From the NCBI GenBank assembly GCA_964016885.1, contig OZ024741.1:83514001-83578000 (forward strand): a stretch of DNA of 64,000 nt, read 5' to 3'. The stretch comes from Eledone cirrhosa. Its lineage: Eukaryota. Both the position numbers and the translations under genes were made by a program. The notes below the pieces were generated by a model that was given only the letters and a program-made list of their open reading frames with translations, was not told where the DNA came from and did not search any database. This document shows, in pieces, positions 27,101 through 43,757 of the stretch. The number at the start of each line of letters is the position of its first letter. The first letter of the stretch is position 1.

Positions 27101-29300
27101 GATCCCCCGTGCCTTGCTGTGGGCTCATCCGGGATCCTAGTTAACAAGGTGTCGAGATGTTTCTGGAAGATATCCACCTCCACGTCATGCAAATCTCTCA
27201 GATTCCTCGGCAGCTTGTTGAAGAGTTGAGGGCCCTTGAATCCCAGGCTATTGCAATACCTGCTCCTTATACTAGATCTGGAAGACGGGACCTTTGGCAC
27301 CACACAGTGATGTCCTGTTCGAAGGTTGGTCCAGCTCCCAATGCCAAAGTTTGGTGCTAGTCTCTCCAGGATTTTCCACATGTAGATCACTGCGTATCTC
27401 TCCCGTCTTCGTTCCAAGGAGTAGAGGTTCAGTTCCTTTAGCCTCTCCCAGTAGCTTGTCTCCTTCATCGTTAGCAATCCTCTTGGTGTAGCTTCGCTGG
27501 ATTGTCTCAAGCTCCGTGGTTAGTTTGACACTATGGGGGTGACCACAACTGGGAGTAGTAGTCCAGGCGGCTTAGGAAAAATGTCCTCCATAGTGTCAAC
27601 ATGGTGTCTCGGTCTCTTGTCCGGAAAGTCCTCAAGATCCAGCCAGCGAGTCGTCTGCACATTGTCGCCACTTTCATGATGTGTGTGGAAAAAGATGCAT
27701 CATCGCTCATGTCTATGCCCAGGTCTCGTATCGATTTTGACACGGGGATATCGGTCCATCCTGGTCCTGTGTAGTTGTGTTGTACTATATTTGTGTTTGC
27801 AGGTTTGTCTGGAGGTTTGTATTGTAGGGCTTGGAATTTGCCAGCATTAAACTGTATGTTGTTTTCTTCCACCCATTTGTATGTGGCATCCAGATCTTGT
27901 TGTAAAAGGGCAACGTCAACCGGGATTTTGATTACCTGTGCTACCTTAGTGTCATCAGCATAAGTAGTGAGGGATGTTGTTGTATGTACTACAGAAGGCA
28001 TGTCTGAGAGAGCCACCAAAAACAGTAGTGGTCCCTGGACTGTCCCCTGGTGCACCCCACTTGTTATTGAGGTTTCCTTTGAGAGGGCCACATTTGCTGC
28101 GACAGTCTGATTTCTGTCCCTTAGGAAGTCATGCAGTCACTCACCTACATTTCCAGTTATGCCAAGTCCGTGTAGTTTGTGACAAATCATTCAGTGGTCG
28201 ACCTTGTCAAAGGCCTTCGCAAAGTCAAGATATATCACGTCTACATGTGAGCTGTCTAGTAGTTGTTTCAGTACCCAGTCGTAGTGATGTAGCAGCTGTG
28301 CAGGAGCTTCTTCCTGGGCGGAAGCCATGTTGCGTGCTAGTCAGGCGGTCATGTTCCTCGAGGAAAGTGATCAGTTTCTTTCTGACTACTCGCTCCATGA
28401 CCTTACTGATATGCGACGTCAGGGAGACTGGCCTATAATTTTTGGCCTCCGCTCTGCTACCTCCTTCATGGATAGGGCATATTGTGCCTTCTTTCAGCTC
28501 CCTGGGTAGTACACCGCTAGCCAAGGAGCTTCTGAAGAGCATCTTCAGTGGAGTTGCTAAGGCCCGCTTACATGTTTTTAAGGGAACTGCTGGGAATCCA
28601 TCATGTCCAGCAGCTGAGTCTGTTCTAATTTCATCTTTGGCGTACACCACGTCCTCCTCCGTTATGTCTATGTGGTTGATGGTCGCCATTTCTTCATGTA
28701 GTATTGTGGCATCAAAGAACTCCTCTGGCTTCGTTATTTGCATGTGCCTCAGTGGACATGTGAACATACTTTTGTACTGTTCGTTCAGTATTTCACATAT
28801 CTCTTGGGGGTTTTGGGTTAATGAACCGTCCGTATGGAAGCGTGGCCCAATCTTGCAGTGTAAAGAGGAAGTTTCTTTTGCAAATTTATAGAAGGCCTTA
28901 GGGTTTGTTTTAATGTTTTCTATGGCCCTGTTCTCTTTCTTTGCCCTCTCATTTTTATGGAAAAGTTGAGTGCAATCTCGGTGCCAAGTAGTGCACATTT
29001 GAAATAGGATAACTTCTTGTTGACTATTCAACTGGTTTGAGACATTGGTTCTACGTCTTATAAGGATTTTCCTATCTCTGGGAATAAGATTTTTGTGTCT
29101 GTTTGCCTTTTTCTCCGGGACAAATTTTTGCATATAGTGTTTATCGTTGTCATAAAGTGTTGAAATTGTATGTTAGTGTCTTGTATGGCGGTGTTTTCAC
29201 TCCATGTTTGCATCCTTATTTCTCTCTTTATATTTTTCCAGTTAGCCTTGTAGAAGTTAAGGCTGGATAACGTCCCGGAGCTTCTTGGTGGTTTTGTCTC
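27101..29300 (-). mobile_element. CR1-group LINE RT fragment, frameshifted
   Basis: NYRPVSLTSHISKVMER, QHGFRPGRS, SGVHQGTVQGPLLF, YADDTK, LYSLERRRERY; same family as 60898-62650. Confidence 0.9.
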
Positions 29301-29371
29301 TGTGGGTTCTCACGGACCACATATGTATATATATATATATATGTATATATATGTATATGTATATATATATA

Positions 29372-29456
<85 letters not shown>

Positions 29457-29469
29457 ATTTATATATAGA

Positions 29470-30175
29470 GAGTGAGAGAGAAATTAGTATATCTACTAAC
29501 ATATGCGTACAGATATACGCTAATGCTAGCAAATACACAGGTTATGCCATAGTACCTAGGTGGTTCAATGCAGGAGGATGCAGAACAATAATATAAAAGA
29601 CGTAATATAAGAAAATTTTAAAAAAATTAAAAAAATTAACTTACTAAAATTTTCACTCCAACTAATTAGTTTCTGTAATGGGATAAAGACAGTTACGTAA
29701 TATAACTGTCGAGAATTCATTGCGTCATCAGGGAGTCTATTCTCAACTAAGTCTCCAGGCAATGCGCGGACACTGGAGACTCAAATAAAAATAATAATAA
29801 TTCAGTAGATGGAACAGCTAGCGGGGACTGGATTCCATGCACTGTAAAGCTCGCTGTCTCTTGTGAAATGGCAGATTCTAAAGAATCAATCACGTGACAC
29901 TGAGGCTAGTCGGTAGGAGTGGGATGGTAAGATGACAGAAGCCTACTACCACGCCAATAAATTAGTAGTGGTTTTGGCAGGTTTGCTCAACAAATAAGTA
30001 ATTTGGAGATAAATATAGAGAAATTAGTATATCTACTAACATATGCGTACAGATGAACGCTAATGCTAGCAAATACACAGGTTATGTCATAGTAAAATAC
30101 GTAAAATAAGAAAATTTTAAAAAAATTTAAAAAATTAACTTACTCCCTGATGACGCAATGAATTCTCGACAGCTA
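29470..30175 (-). mobile_element. Non-coding HHR element with direct terminal repeat and short inversion
   Basis: 29477-29645 repeated at 30017-30143; 30142-30172 is the reverse complement of 29706-29736. Confidence 0.7.
29655..29736 (-). ncRNA. Type I hammerhead ribozyme with long stem II
   Basis: actcc-CTGATGA-cgcaatg..gacagtta/taactgtc..cattaca-GAAA-ctaattag-TT-ggagt. Confidence 0.8.
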
Positions 30176-30216
30176 CATGTATATATATACATATATATAT
30201 ATATATGTGTGTATAT

Positions 30217-30283
<67 letters not shown>

Positions 30284-31219
30284 GTAACGAAGGAAATGTG
30301 GTAAGGAACCAGGTGGACCATAACGCACCAAAGTACTCAATACTTAGGGTAGTAGAGTGGGTAATAGGAACAAGTAAGACCCCGACGGCTGAGCTCATGC
30401 CGTTTCGGCGGAGAATTAGCCGTCGAAACGAATTGAGCTCAGCCGTCGGGGTCTTACTTGTTCCTATATATATATGTATATATATATATGTATATATGTA
30501 TTAGAATCCACCACATCCCAAGGATATTTTTCAGAATTCCACCACATATTATACGGAAGTACTTAAGGACTCACCCCCTGATATACACTCAAAAAAATGT
30601 TTTTGCCACACGCCACCTACATCGACAACACGCATAAACAGGACACACACACACCTGCGTACCACCACATATTTACACACTCAACCTCCGGAATCCTCTC
30701 CCCCCACCCCTCTGACCCCTACCCATCCACACACGCACACACACACCGACCTACACCCCACCCCACACACACCTCTTCCTGAACATGCAACCCCGTTCTT
30801 CCCCCAACTCTTACTTTCACATACAGACGAACACACACACACGTACACCTACACACACACACCACCTTCAGCCCTCCCCGCTCGGACACCCCGCCTCCCT
30901 CTCCCCACTCCACCTGCCACCACCCCTACACGCCCCACACCCTTCCACCACCTGTTTTACTTCATGTTTATTTTTATTTTTTCATTATGCTTTTGTATTT
31001 AATTTCATTTGTACCGTTTCCTCTAACCCCGTTTTTTTTCTATATGTCTCTCCACCACTCCCCCACGCACCCTTGGAACTCTCTTCCCACACACTTTTCA
31101 CCTGAAGAATGGCTTATGCCCCAAACGTCGTTCTCCACCACACCTCACTCTCATGAGCGTGAAACTAATAAACCTTAGTTCGTACTGCCTCTCTGTTTTG
31201 TTCCCGTTCAATTTTTTAC

Positions 31220-31265
<46 letters not shown>

Positions 31266-31356
31266 TAAGTAAAAATGTACATCTACATTTAAGCGTCAGT
31301 CATACAAAAGTGAGTTACAAACGAAACGAAATTTAATTTCGTTTCGTTATTTCTTT

Positions 31357-31538
31357 TTATATATATATATTTATATATATATATATATAAATATATAACA
31401 TATATATATTTATATATATATATATATAAATATATAACATATATATATTTATATATATATATATATATAACATATATATATATATTTGTATTTATATAAC
31501 ATATATATATATATTTATATATATATATATATATATAT

Positions 31539-31583
<45 letters not shown>

Positions 31584-31768
31584 CATATATATATATATTT
31601 ATATATATATATATATATATATAACATATATATATATATTTATATATATATATATATATAACATATATATATATATTTATATATATATATATATATATAT
31701 ATAACATATATATATATATAACATATATATATATATTTATATATATATATATATAACATATATATATA

Positions 31769-31829
<61 letters not shown>

Positions 31830-31894
31830 CATATATATATATATTTATATATATATATAACATATATATATATATTTATATATATATATATATA

Positions 31895-31929
<35 letters not shown>

Positions 31930-31988
31930 TAATATAAATAGATATATGTATATATATAATATATATATATATATGTATATATATATAT

Positions 31989-32029
<41 letters not shown>

Positions 32030-32070
32030 ATATATATATGTGTATATATATATATGTATATATATATATG

Positions 32071-32101
<31 letters not shown>

Positions 32102-32102
32102 G

Positions 32103-32152
<50 letters not shown>
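31357..32152. repeat. Degenerate (TA)n tract with TAAC/TTTA interruptions
   Basis: Directly visible. Confidence 0.97.
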
Positions 32153-32159
<7 letters not shown>

Positions 32160-32374
32160 GTTAACAATGTACATCCACATATGTATACTGAAATACTAGT
32201 ATGCATATGAATACACACACGTGTACATATGTAGATGTACCGAGTTTTTCACTGGTTACTTTACTGTGAGTGTCCAGCTTTTCTGTATGTAAACACACAG
32301 ACAAACCGGTTTTTAGAGTCATACTGGTTTTTGAGGAAACACCTTTCCTCTATTCTCCAGAAAGCCAGACAAGG

Positions 32375-32419
32375 AATATTGGACTAGTTTCGATGTTGTT
32401 ACATCTCATCAGCAATATT
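32375..32419 (-). ncRNA. Canonical minimal type I hammerhead ribozyme
   Basis: aatattg-CTGATGA-gatg taacaa catc-GAAA-ctag-TC-caatatt. Confidence 0.92.
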
Positions 32420-32840
32420 TACCTATCTTCCGGCCTTTCTAGAGAATCGTAAAAGCACATATCGTTATATGCTTTTTCTATGAAAATTAGTAGTGGGCAG
32501 ACTAATTTGCATAGAGCGTGAGTACGTACCGGTTCAACGGAGACGATAAAAACAAATAACGAAACGAAATTAAATTTCGTTTCGTTTGTAACTCACTTTT
32601 GTATGACTGACGCTTAAACAATTAAGTTAAAAATGTACATCCACATATGTATACTGAAATACTAGTATGCATATGAATACACACACGTGTACATATGTAG
32701 ATGTACCGAGTTTTTCACTGGTTACTTTACTGTGAGTGTCCAGCTATTCTGTATGTAAACACACAGACAAACCGGTTTTTAGAGTCATACTGGTTTTTGA
32801 GGAAACACCTTTCCTCTATTCTCCAGAAAGCCAGACAAGG

Positions 32841-32885
32841 AATATTGGACTAGTTTCGATGTTGTTACATCTCATCAGCAATATT
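32841..32885 (-). ncRNA. Canonical minimal type I hammerhead ribozyme (unit 2)
   Basis: Identical to 32375-32419. Confidence 0.92.
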
Positions 32886-33306
32886 TACCTATCTTCCGGC
32901 CTTTCTAGAGAATCGTAAAAGCACATATCTTTATATGCTTTTTCTATGAAAATTAGTAGTGGGCAGACTAATTTGCATAGAGCGTGAGTACGTACCGGTT
33001 CAACGGAGACGATAAAAACAAATAACGAAACGAAATTAAATTTCGTTTCGTTTGTAACTCACTTTTGTATGACTGACGCTTAAACAATTAAGTTAAAAAT
33101 GTACATCCACATATGTATACTGAAATACTAGTATGCATATGAATACACACACGTGTACATATGTAGATGTACCGAGTTTTTCACTGGTTACTTTACTGTG
33201 AGTGTCCAGCTTTTCTGTATGTAAACACACAGACAAACCGGTTTTTAGAGTCATACTGGTTTTTGAGGAAACACCTTTCCTCTATTCTCCAGAAAGCCAG
33301 ACAAGG

Positions 33307-33351
33307 AATATTGGACTAGTTTCGATGTTGTTACATCTCATCAGCAATATT
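33307..33351 (-). ncRNA. Canonical minimal type I hammerhead ribozyme (unit 3)
   Basis: Identical to 32375-32419. Confidence 0.92.
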
Positions 33352-34529
33352 TACCTATCTTCCGGCCTTTCTAGAGAATCGTAGAAGCACATATCGTTAT
33401 ATGCTTTTTCTATGAAAATTAGTAGTGGGCAGACTAATTTGCATAGAGCGTGAGTACGTACCGGTTCAACGGAGACGATAAAAACAAATAACGAAACGAA
33501 ATTAAATTTCGTTTCGTTTGTAACTCACTTTTGTATGACTGACGCTTCAACAATTAAGTTAAAAATGTACATCCACATATGTATACTGAAATACTAGTAT
33601 GCATATGAATACACACACGTGTACATATGTAGATGTACCGAGTTTTTCACTGGTTACTTTACTGTGAGTGTCCAGCTATTCTGTATGTAAACACACAGAC
33701 AAACCGGTTTTTAGAGTCATACTGGTTTTTGAGGAAACACCTTTCCTCTATTTTCCAGAAAGCCAGACAAGGAATATTGGACTAGTTTGGCTCCACTTCC
33801 ACCTCCTTTAAAGCTCGTCTTTATAATCATCATTCGTCTTTTAAATACCAAATTAAAAAAACCAACACGGCTCTCTCAGAACTCATATGGTCCTTGAAAG
33901 ACAAAAATATTGAATATAACATCTCTTGGAAAAAGGTTTTTTCTTCTTCCTTGAACAGTTCTCTATCCAAGACTTGCAATCTCTGTCTAAATGAAAAATT
34001 TACCATTATATCTAATTTAGATTATATAATAAATAGACGCACTGACTTGTTTTCTCTCTGCTTGTATAAATTCCACAGAACATTCCATAAAGTATACAGC
34101 TAATATCCAATAATTTATCAATTTAGAATCCTTTTCTCAAAGGCACATATTTATATATATACTTTTTTTTAAATATACCCATCTGTCTACCTTATTTCAA
34201 AGTTATTTATTATACATTATATAATACTTGTTACTCATTCTATATCACTCCTATTTATCACTTCCCTTTCTTTTCTTTTTCTATTAATTTCTAACCCCTA
34301 ATCTGTACCTTTTCTCACTGTGCCTAACATAGAAACAATTATTACACAATACAATATATTCTTACTTTATATCACCTTGAAAAAACCCTTCGTAAACATA
34401 AACACATTTTTTTGACGTTAGATTATTCATCCTCAATTCATTATTTTTATTCCCTTTCATCTAACTTATTCATGCTCATCTCACAATATATCCTTACTTA
34501 CATTACTTTTGTTTTTTTAATAATACATA

Positions 34530-34690
34530 TCAACATTTTTTTTCCATCGCACATATTATTAAACCCTTAAATATTATTCTTAATACATATTAACATTTTC
34601 TTTCCATCGCACATATTATTAAACCCTTAAATATTATTCTTAATACATATTAACAAGTTCTTTTCATCGCACATATTATTAAACCCTTCA
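34530..34690. repeat. 60-bp minisatellite, ~2.6 copies
   Basis: catcgcacatattattaaaccctt recurs at 60-bp period. Confidence 0.85.
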
Positions 34691-35056
34691 ATATACAAAC
34701 CTTAACTTTACATTATTTTTCTCTTCGTTAATTTTCAAATTCTTTTAATTTATACATTATCTTCCAACGGTTTTACAACCTCTCTATGCAAAACAATATA
34801 TTTTTTCTCAGTTATAAAAGCTATCTCTCTCTCTCTCTATCACCCATCTCTCCTCCTATCTCATCCTTCCTCATTATACTCCTCCCCCTCCACTTTTTAC
34901 TCTCATCTCCTCTTTTTATCCTTTCTAACATCCCCCCCCCCCAACCTCAAAAAATTTTTTTGCCAATATCACACATCAATCTAAAACTACTTTTCATATG
35001 TTGATTTAAAACTGCACTATTCACAAGTGTTTTTTAACCTTCATATCATGTCTTCC

Positions 35057-35127
35057 TATTTTATCTGATGAAAACACAAATATTATTGCATGATGATATT
35101 TGTTTTTGAAATGCGCATAATATAATA
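35057..35127 (+). ncRNA. Type I hammerhead ribozyme with extended stem II
   Basis: tattttat-CTGATGA-aaacacaaatattat tgc atgatgatatttgttttt-GAAA-tgcgca-TA-atataata. Confidence 0.8.
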
Positions 35128-35195
35128 CATGGAACTCTTTTAACCATCTTTTGATCTTATGTATTATATATATATATATATATAATATAGATGAT

Positions 35196-35242
35196 ATTCT
35201 ACAGGACTAGAACTGTTTCATTCTTTAGAAATCATCAGGAAT
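35196..35242 (-). ncRNA. Type I hammerhead ribozyme in ~75-bp solo cassette
   Basis: attc-CTGATGA-tttctaaagaat-GAAA-cagttctagtcctg-TA-gaat. Confidence 0.75.
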
Positions 35243-35267
35243 CTGGGTATCAACATATATATATATG

Positions 35268-35355
<88 letters not shown>

Positions 35356-35399
35356 ATGTATATATATATATATATAATGTATGTATATATATATACAAT

Positions 35400-37273
35400 G
35401 TAACTTTGAATAACTTTGAAATGTTTTGGCCAGTATTGGCCCAGGCCATGTCTAACTTAATAGCACCACCTGGCGAAGTCTTTCAATTCAGGATTTGGGC
35501 ACCATGGCCCATTCGAGAAGAGAATTACTCTTTGCGGAGACATATCCGGGTGTGGGTGGTTTGTCCGGGATTACTTGGAGGAATTTGTCCAAAGACTTCT
35601 TGAATTTTGTGTGGTCAGTTTCTGTTTTGACGTGTCCTGGTGTGATGTTGAAGAGAGCAGGGCCGATTGAGGTGAAATAAGTGTGCCGTATTGTTGTTAT
35701 GAGTTGCTATTTAGATTTTTGTATGGGACGGATAGCACGGGGCCCAAGCCTTGGGTGTATCTTGAAGGCGATGCCAACATCATTTGGGCAGTGATGATGG
35801 AACATTTTCCACATCATGCAGATAATATAACGCTCACGGCGACGTTGGAGTGAGTAAAGTTTCAGCTTTTCTAGTCGACCCCAGTAGTCAAGGTCTGACA
35901 TGCCATCTATCTTTTTCGTGATTGCCCTTTGAGGAGCTTCAAGTTTCATGATACTTTGTTTCGTGTGGGGAGACCACAGTGGACAACAGTATTCAAGGTG
36001 TGGTCGGGCAAAAGTAGAGAAGAGAAGGATAATGGTGTGGGAATCTCTCGACTGGAATGTTCTGAGGATCCAGGAACACATTCTGCGGGCCATGTCAACT
36101 TTGCTGCTTATATGCGTGGCCCAGCTTATGTTGCTGTCCACGGTTACTCCCAAGTCTCTGATGTTGTTAGATGCCACGAGAGTTTCCCCGGAGGGAAGGG
36201 AGTACGGGAGTTTGTGAGCATCCTCTTTTCCAAAGTGGATCAGTTCGAATTTGTCTTCGTTCAGTGACATGTTGTTCTTTTCCGCCCATTGGGTAACAGC
36301 CAGTAGGTCTGACTGAAGGCTTATCCGGTCATCCACGCCATTGATGACCTTTTGGAGCTTGGAATCATCAGCGAAAATTTTAATGTTGCTGTGTTTGATG
36401 ATGTCAGTGATGTCATTAATATAGATGATGAAGAGAAGTGGGCCCAACACAGTGCCTTGTGGGACCCCACTACTGACTTTGGCTGGGCTGGATTTGACTC
36501 CTTCAACTACAACATGTTGGGTTCTGTTTGACAGGAGCTCTTGATCCACTGCAGCAGCTTTCCAGTGACACCAATATTGGACAGCTTTCTCAGTAGAATG
36601 TTATGATCAACCCTGTCAAAGGCCTTGCTGAAATCAAGGTAGATAACATCAGTGTTGGAACCCTCTCCCTAGGCTCTCAAAATGTCATCAAAGTGATGCA
36701 GTAGCTGCGTCAGGCAATCCCTTCCATTACGGAATCCATGCTGGTTGGAGTTCAGCATATTGTTACTCTCAAGGAAGTGGGTCATTCGCGATCTCACCAC
36801 TCTCTCAAGTACCTTAATGATATGAGAGGTGAGTGAGATTGGACGGTAATTCACGGCAAGGGATTTGTTTCCTTTTTTGAAAACTGGGACAACAGACTGG
36901 GATAGAAGGTTTTCTGGCACATATCCAGCATCCAGTGAGTTCCGCCACAGATTGGCAAGGGGAGATGCAAGTTGGTGTTGACACGACTTCAAGACACAAG
37001 CAGAGAACCTATCGGGACCTACTGCTGAATTATGCTTGATTTCCTTTATTGCCGCTAAGACATCAGGGCGCCAAACGTTATGTCCGATAAGGTGTAATGG
37101 GGAGTAACATCGCGGATACAGCCCAGATCGGCCATATCAGGATTGCTGAAAACAGAGCAGTATTGTTTCTGCAGTATCTCACCCATGGTTTTAGCATTGT
37201 CTTGAAGAGTGCCATTTTCATCAATTAGAGGGCCAACAGTAGAACCAGTGATTTTGTGTTTTTTTGCAAATGA
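35400..37273 (-). mobile_element. CR1-group LINE (second family), 5'-truncated
   Basis: NYRPISLTSHIIKVLER, QHGFRNGRDCLTQLL, SGVPQGTVLGPLLF, FADDSK, LYSLQRRRERY. Confidence 0.9.
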
Positions 37274-38596
<1,323 letters not shown>

Positions 38597-38767
38597 GTAG
38601 GAGGTGAGTTTTATTGTAGTACAATAAAGCAATGCAGATATCGGATAAGAACCACTCTATAGTTTGTAGGACTGGAGTATACATAATATATAAGAACAAA
38701 ATGATATATGTTGATTTAAAACTGCACTATCCACAAGTGTATTTTAGCCTTCATATCATGTCCTCCT

Positions 38768-38836
38768 GTTTTATCTGATGAAAACACAAATATTATTGCA
38801 TGATGATGTCTGTTTTTGAAATGCGCATAATAAAAT
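38768..38836 (+). ncRNA. Type I hammerhead ribozyme (same family as 35057-35127)
   Basis: gttttat-CTGATGA-aaacac...tgttttt-GAAA-tgcgca-TA-ataaaat. Confidence 0.78.
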
Positions 38837-38869
38837 ACATGGAACTCCTTTAACCATCTTTTGTTCTTA

Positions 38870-39917
<1,048 letters not shown>

Positions 39918-39960
39918 AATAAATAACAAAGAACGCTTATAGCATATGCATATCTTTACT

Positions 39961-40006
39961 TGCTAACATTGTTTCATCCACACTATAAGTGGGACTCATC
40001 AGAGCA
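39961..40006 (-). ncRNA. Type I hammerhead ribozyme
   Basis: Reverse complement of 43758-43803. Confidence 0.85.
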
Positions 40007-40748
40007 TAAAGATTAATTACATACCATACAAGCAATAACAAATCCAAGACATTGAAGAATGAAAGGTAATAATAGACGATAGAGGATAAGAATAAAAATA
40101 AAAAATAAAAAATAAAAAATAAAAAATAAAAATAAAAGTAAAAATAAATAAAAATAAAAATAAAAATAAAAATAAAAATAAGTGGTGCTATCTGTCACAG
40201 TTGGGCGGTGTGCTGTCAACATATAGTTACATACAAGCATACACATGGATAAGAGAACAGATAAGAGTAGACACATGGATAAGAGAACAGACAAGAGTAG
40301 ATAAGATAATGGGATTAGGTAAGAGTAGGTAAAAAATAGGTAAAAAATAGGTAAAAAACAGACTTATAATATATATAAAAAGAAATACAAAGAAATACAT
40401 AACAAACTTACATATAGAATATTAAATATAGGGTAAGGAATGAGATAAAATAATATACAATTAAAAATTAAAAATTATATACATAGAACATAATATAGTA
40501 TAATCGTAAAATAAGATAAAATAAGGTAAACTAAAATCAAATAACATAGACTAAATTAAAATTAAAATCATATGTGTAATTATAATTATATGTATAATTA
40601 AATGTAATTAAATGTAATTAAATAAATAAAGAAAGAAATAAATAAATAAAAATTAAAAATTAAATAAATAAATAAATAAAATTTAAATTTAAATTTTAAA
40701 ATTTTAAAATTAAAATCTAAATTTAAATATAAATAAATAAATAAATAA

Positions 40749-40788
<40 letters not shown>

Positions 40789-42958
40789 ATGGAGTCAAGT
40801 AAGTAAATAAATAAAATTAGATAACATGAAATGAAATAAAATAAAATGAAATAAAGTAAATTGAGATAAGATATATATTTTTTTAGAATATATCTCTTAA
40901 ATATATCAGGGGCCCACGAAGGCACTAAATGTCACAGTTATGTGTATCACTTGACCAATTTTTCAAAACATACCTCTTGAAAATATCAGGGGCCCACGAA
41001 AGCATGTGATGTGGTAACTACGGCGTCCACTATGACCTATATAGGATCAACTTCCACCCCCTTTAAGACCAGGTTTAACTCTCATCAATGCACTTTTAGA
41101 CATAATAAACTGAAGAACTCAACCTCCTTGGCAGCGTACGTCCATAATTTAAAAAATGCACGAACACCTTACACACTTACTTGGCAGCAGGTTGCTAAAT
41201 CCCATCCATATACTCCTCATAGTAGAGTATGCAACCTGTGCCTTGCCGAATCCCACTCTATTATATTTGCTAAATGCCCTCTACTAAATAGAAAGTCTGA
41301 AATGTTTTCCTCTTGCCCCCACCGAATATTAAGCTCTTTCTTCTACTTTAAACCTGTTAGCTAGCACGTCCTTATTCCTCCAGTTGGGCTGTCTTGTATA
41401 ACTGTCTCTGACTGAGTGTAACTGTCTCCTAATGTTGGTCGTCTATGTATACGAGTCTGTGAATGTATACGTATGCCTGTGGGAGGATATTGATCTTGAT
41501 ATTGGGGTGTGCAGGGGAGTGTATGTTAATAAGCACCCCTGTTTGGTACAGTGGATGTAACCCATCCACGCTGGCCAACCCACCATTAGTGCATTGGTGG
41601 ACCTATCCTGACGTATATCTTGTTGATCTGTACCTCTGTATGCGCATGAGTTGTGATGTAATGTATTTATGTAAAGCGTGTACTGTGATTTAGGCTGCAC
41701 TAGTAGAAATTTAGCCTGTAACTGTGGCGGACCCGAGCCATCCTGCCGTAAGCAGTGGATACGTGGCGCATATATGTGTTGCCCTCATATTCTGTGGTTC
41801 AAGATCTACAGGCTGACCTCTGGGAACTCTTACCCGGGGTTGTAGTCTTTCTAGCACGATCGGCCTTCCTTATATTGACGGTCGTTTTTATGATCCCGAA
41901 AGTAACGTTTTGGCCCCGATGGCCCTCCGTAGTTACTAACGGTCTGTGTACACTCGAATCGGTCAATGGCACGTGCAGACATGAATATCTCTGTAGGATT
42001 TCAACTTTATTTTAATACATCTCATCGTATGTATTTGTTTTGAATATATTACCTGTGGTGGTGGGTCTGATCTAATGTGGTATTTCGGTGTTTAATATTT
42101 AATATTGTATTTAATATCGTATTTAATATCGGCGTTGACCCGGGTGTCCTACGCTGTGTGTGTGTGCGTGTGTGCCCGTGTATACATTTATATGTGTATG
42201 GGTGTAGGTGGTTATATGTGTCTGTGTGTATATATAAAAAAATATATATATATATATATGTATACCGTCTCTGCATGTGCATGTGGTGTGTATACGTGCA
42301 TATACGTACTGAACATGTTGATGTGTACAATCTTGTGATGTCCCAATGCGGTGACTTAATGGCTTTTATATTTTGTATGCGCTACAACTGTATCTGCTTG
42401 ATTTAACATCACGCTTGCTAATGCTAATGCATGTGAATTCTTCTACCTCCTTTGATGCACCTTTCTGACCATTTGACTCCTGCCCGTGTTGAACCGGTTT
42501 GTGATTACCCCACCGCTCGAGTGATACTGGTGACTGTGACACTTAGCGCCTTCGTGGGCCCCTGATGTTTTAAAGAAATATTTTAAAAAAAAATTGGTGT
42601 GTGAACCGGTTTGTGATTACCCCACCGTTCAACTGTGTGAATGCACACCCATGACTTTCGAGTGAACTTTCGAGACTGCCCAACCTGGGACGCCTCCATT
42701 GCCTTGCAATGGTCAAGTGATACTGGTGACTGTGACACTTAGTGCCTTCGTGGGCCCCTGATGTTTTCAAGAGGTATGTTTTGAAAAATTGGTCAAGTGA
42801 TACACATAACTGTGACATTTAGTGCCTTCGTGGGCCCCTGATATATTTAAGAGATATATTCTAAAAAAATATATATCTTATCTCAATTTACTTTATTTCA
42901 TTTTATTTTATTTCATTTCTTGTTATCTAATTTTATTTATTTACTTACTTGACTCCAT

Positions 42959-42998
<40 letters not shown>

Positions 42999-43757
42999 TT
43001 ATTTATTTATTTATTTATATTTAAATTTAGATTTTAATTTTAAAATTTTAAAATTTAAATTTTAATTTTATTTATTCATTTATTTAATTTTTAATTTTTA
43101 TTTATTTATTTCTTTCTTTATTTATTTAATTACATTTAATTACATTTAATTATACATATAATTATAATTACACATTTGATTTTAATTTTAATTTAGTCTA
43201 TGTTATTTGATTTTAGTTTACCTTATTTTATCTTATTTTACGATTATACTATATTATGTTCTATGTATATAATTTTTAATTTTTAATTGTATATTATTTT
43301 ATCTCATTCCTTACCCTATATTTTATATTCTATATGTAAGTTTGTTATGTATTTCTTTGTATTTCTTTTTATATATATTATAAGTCTGTTTTTTACCTAT
43401 TTTTTACCTATTTTTTACCTAATCTTACCTAATCCCATTATCTTATCTACTCTTGTCTGTTCTCTTATCCATGTGTCTACTCTTATCTGTTCTCTTATCC
43501 ATGTGTATGCTTGTATGTAACTATATGTTGACAGCACACCGCCCAACTGTGACAGATAGCACCACTTATTTTTATTTTTATTTTTATTTTTATTTTTATT
43601 TTTATTTTTATTTTTATTTTTATTTATTTTTACTTTTATTTTTATTTTTTATTTTTTATTTTTTATTTTTATTCTTATCCTCTATCGTCTATTATTACCT
43701 TTCATTCTTCAATGTCTTGGATTTGTTATTGCTTGTATGGTATGTAATTAACCTTTA

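Larger units (their letters stand above)
32153..33788 (-). mobile_element. Retrozyme-like tandem array, 466-bp unit x3.5, one HHR per unit
   Basis: Period 466 (32270, 32736, 33202, 33668), near-identical units, no credible ORF. Confidence 0.9.
33789..35165 (+). mobile_element. Naiad-type PLE 3' fragment (GIY-YIG C-terminus plus 3' UTR with HHR)
   Basis: GSTSTSFKARLYNH..LSELIWSLKDKNIEYNISW..CNLCLNEK; related piece at 50270-50625. Confidence 0.85.

Noticed and set aside
31100-31132. CTGAAGA-atggcttatgccc-CAAAcgtcgtt HHR relic
   Set aside because: G12 missing and no stem I; too decayed to call
32153-33788. Possible CRISPR array or repeated 60-aa gene
   Set aside because: Whole 466-bp units are near-identical, no unique spacers, eukaryotic context; the ORF starts at GTG and has no domain
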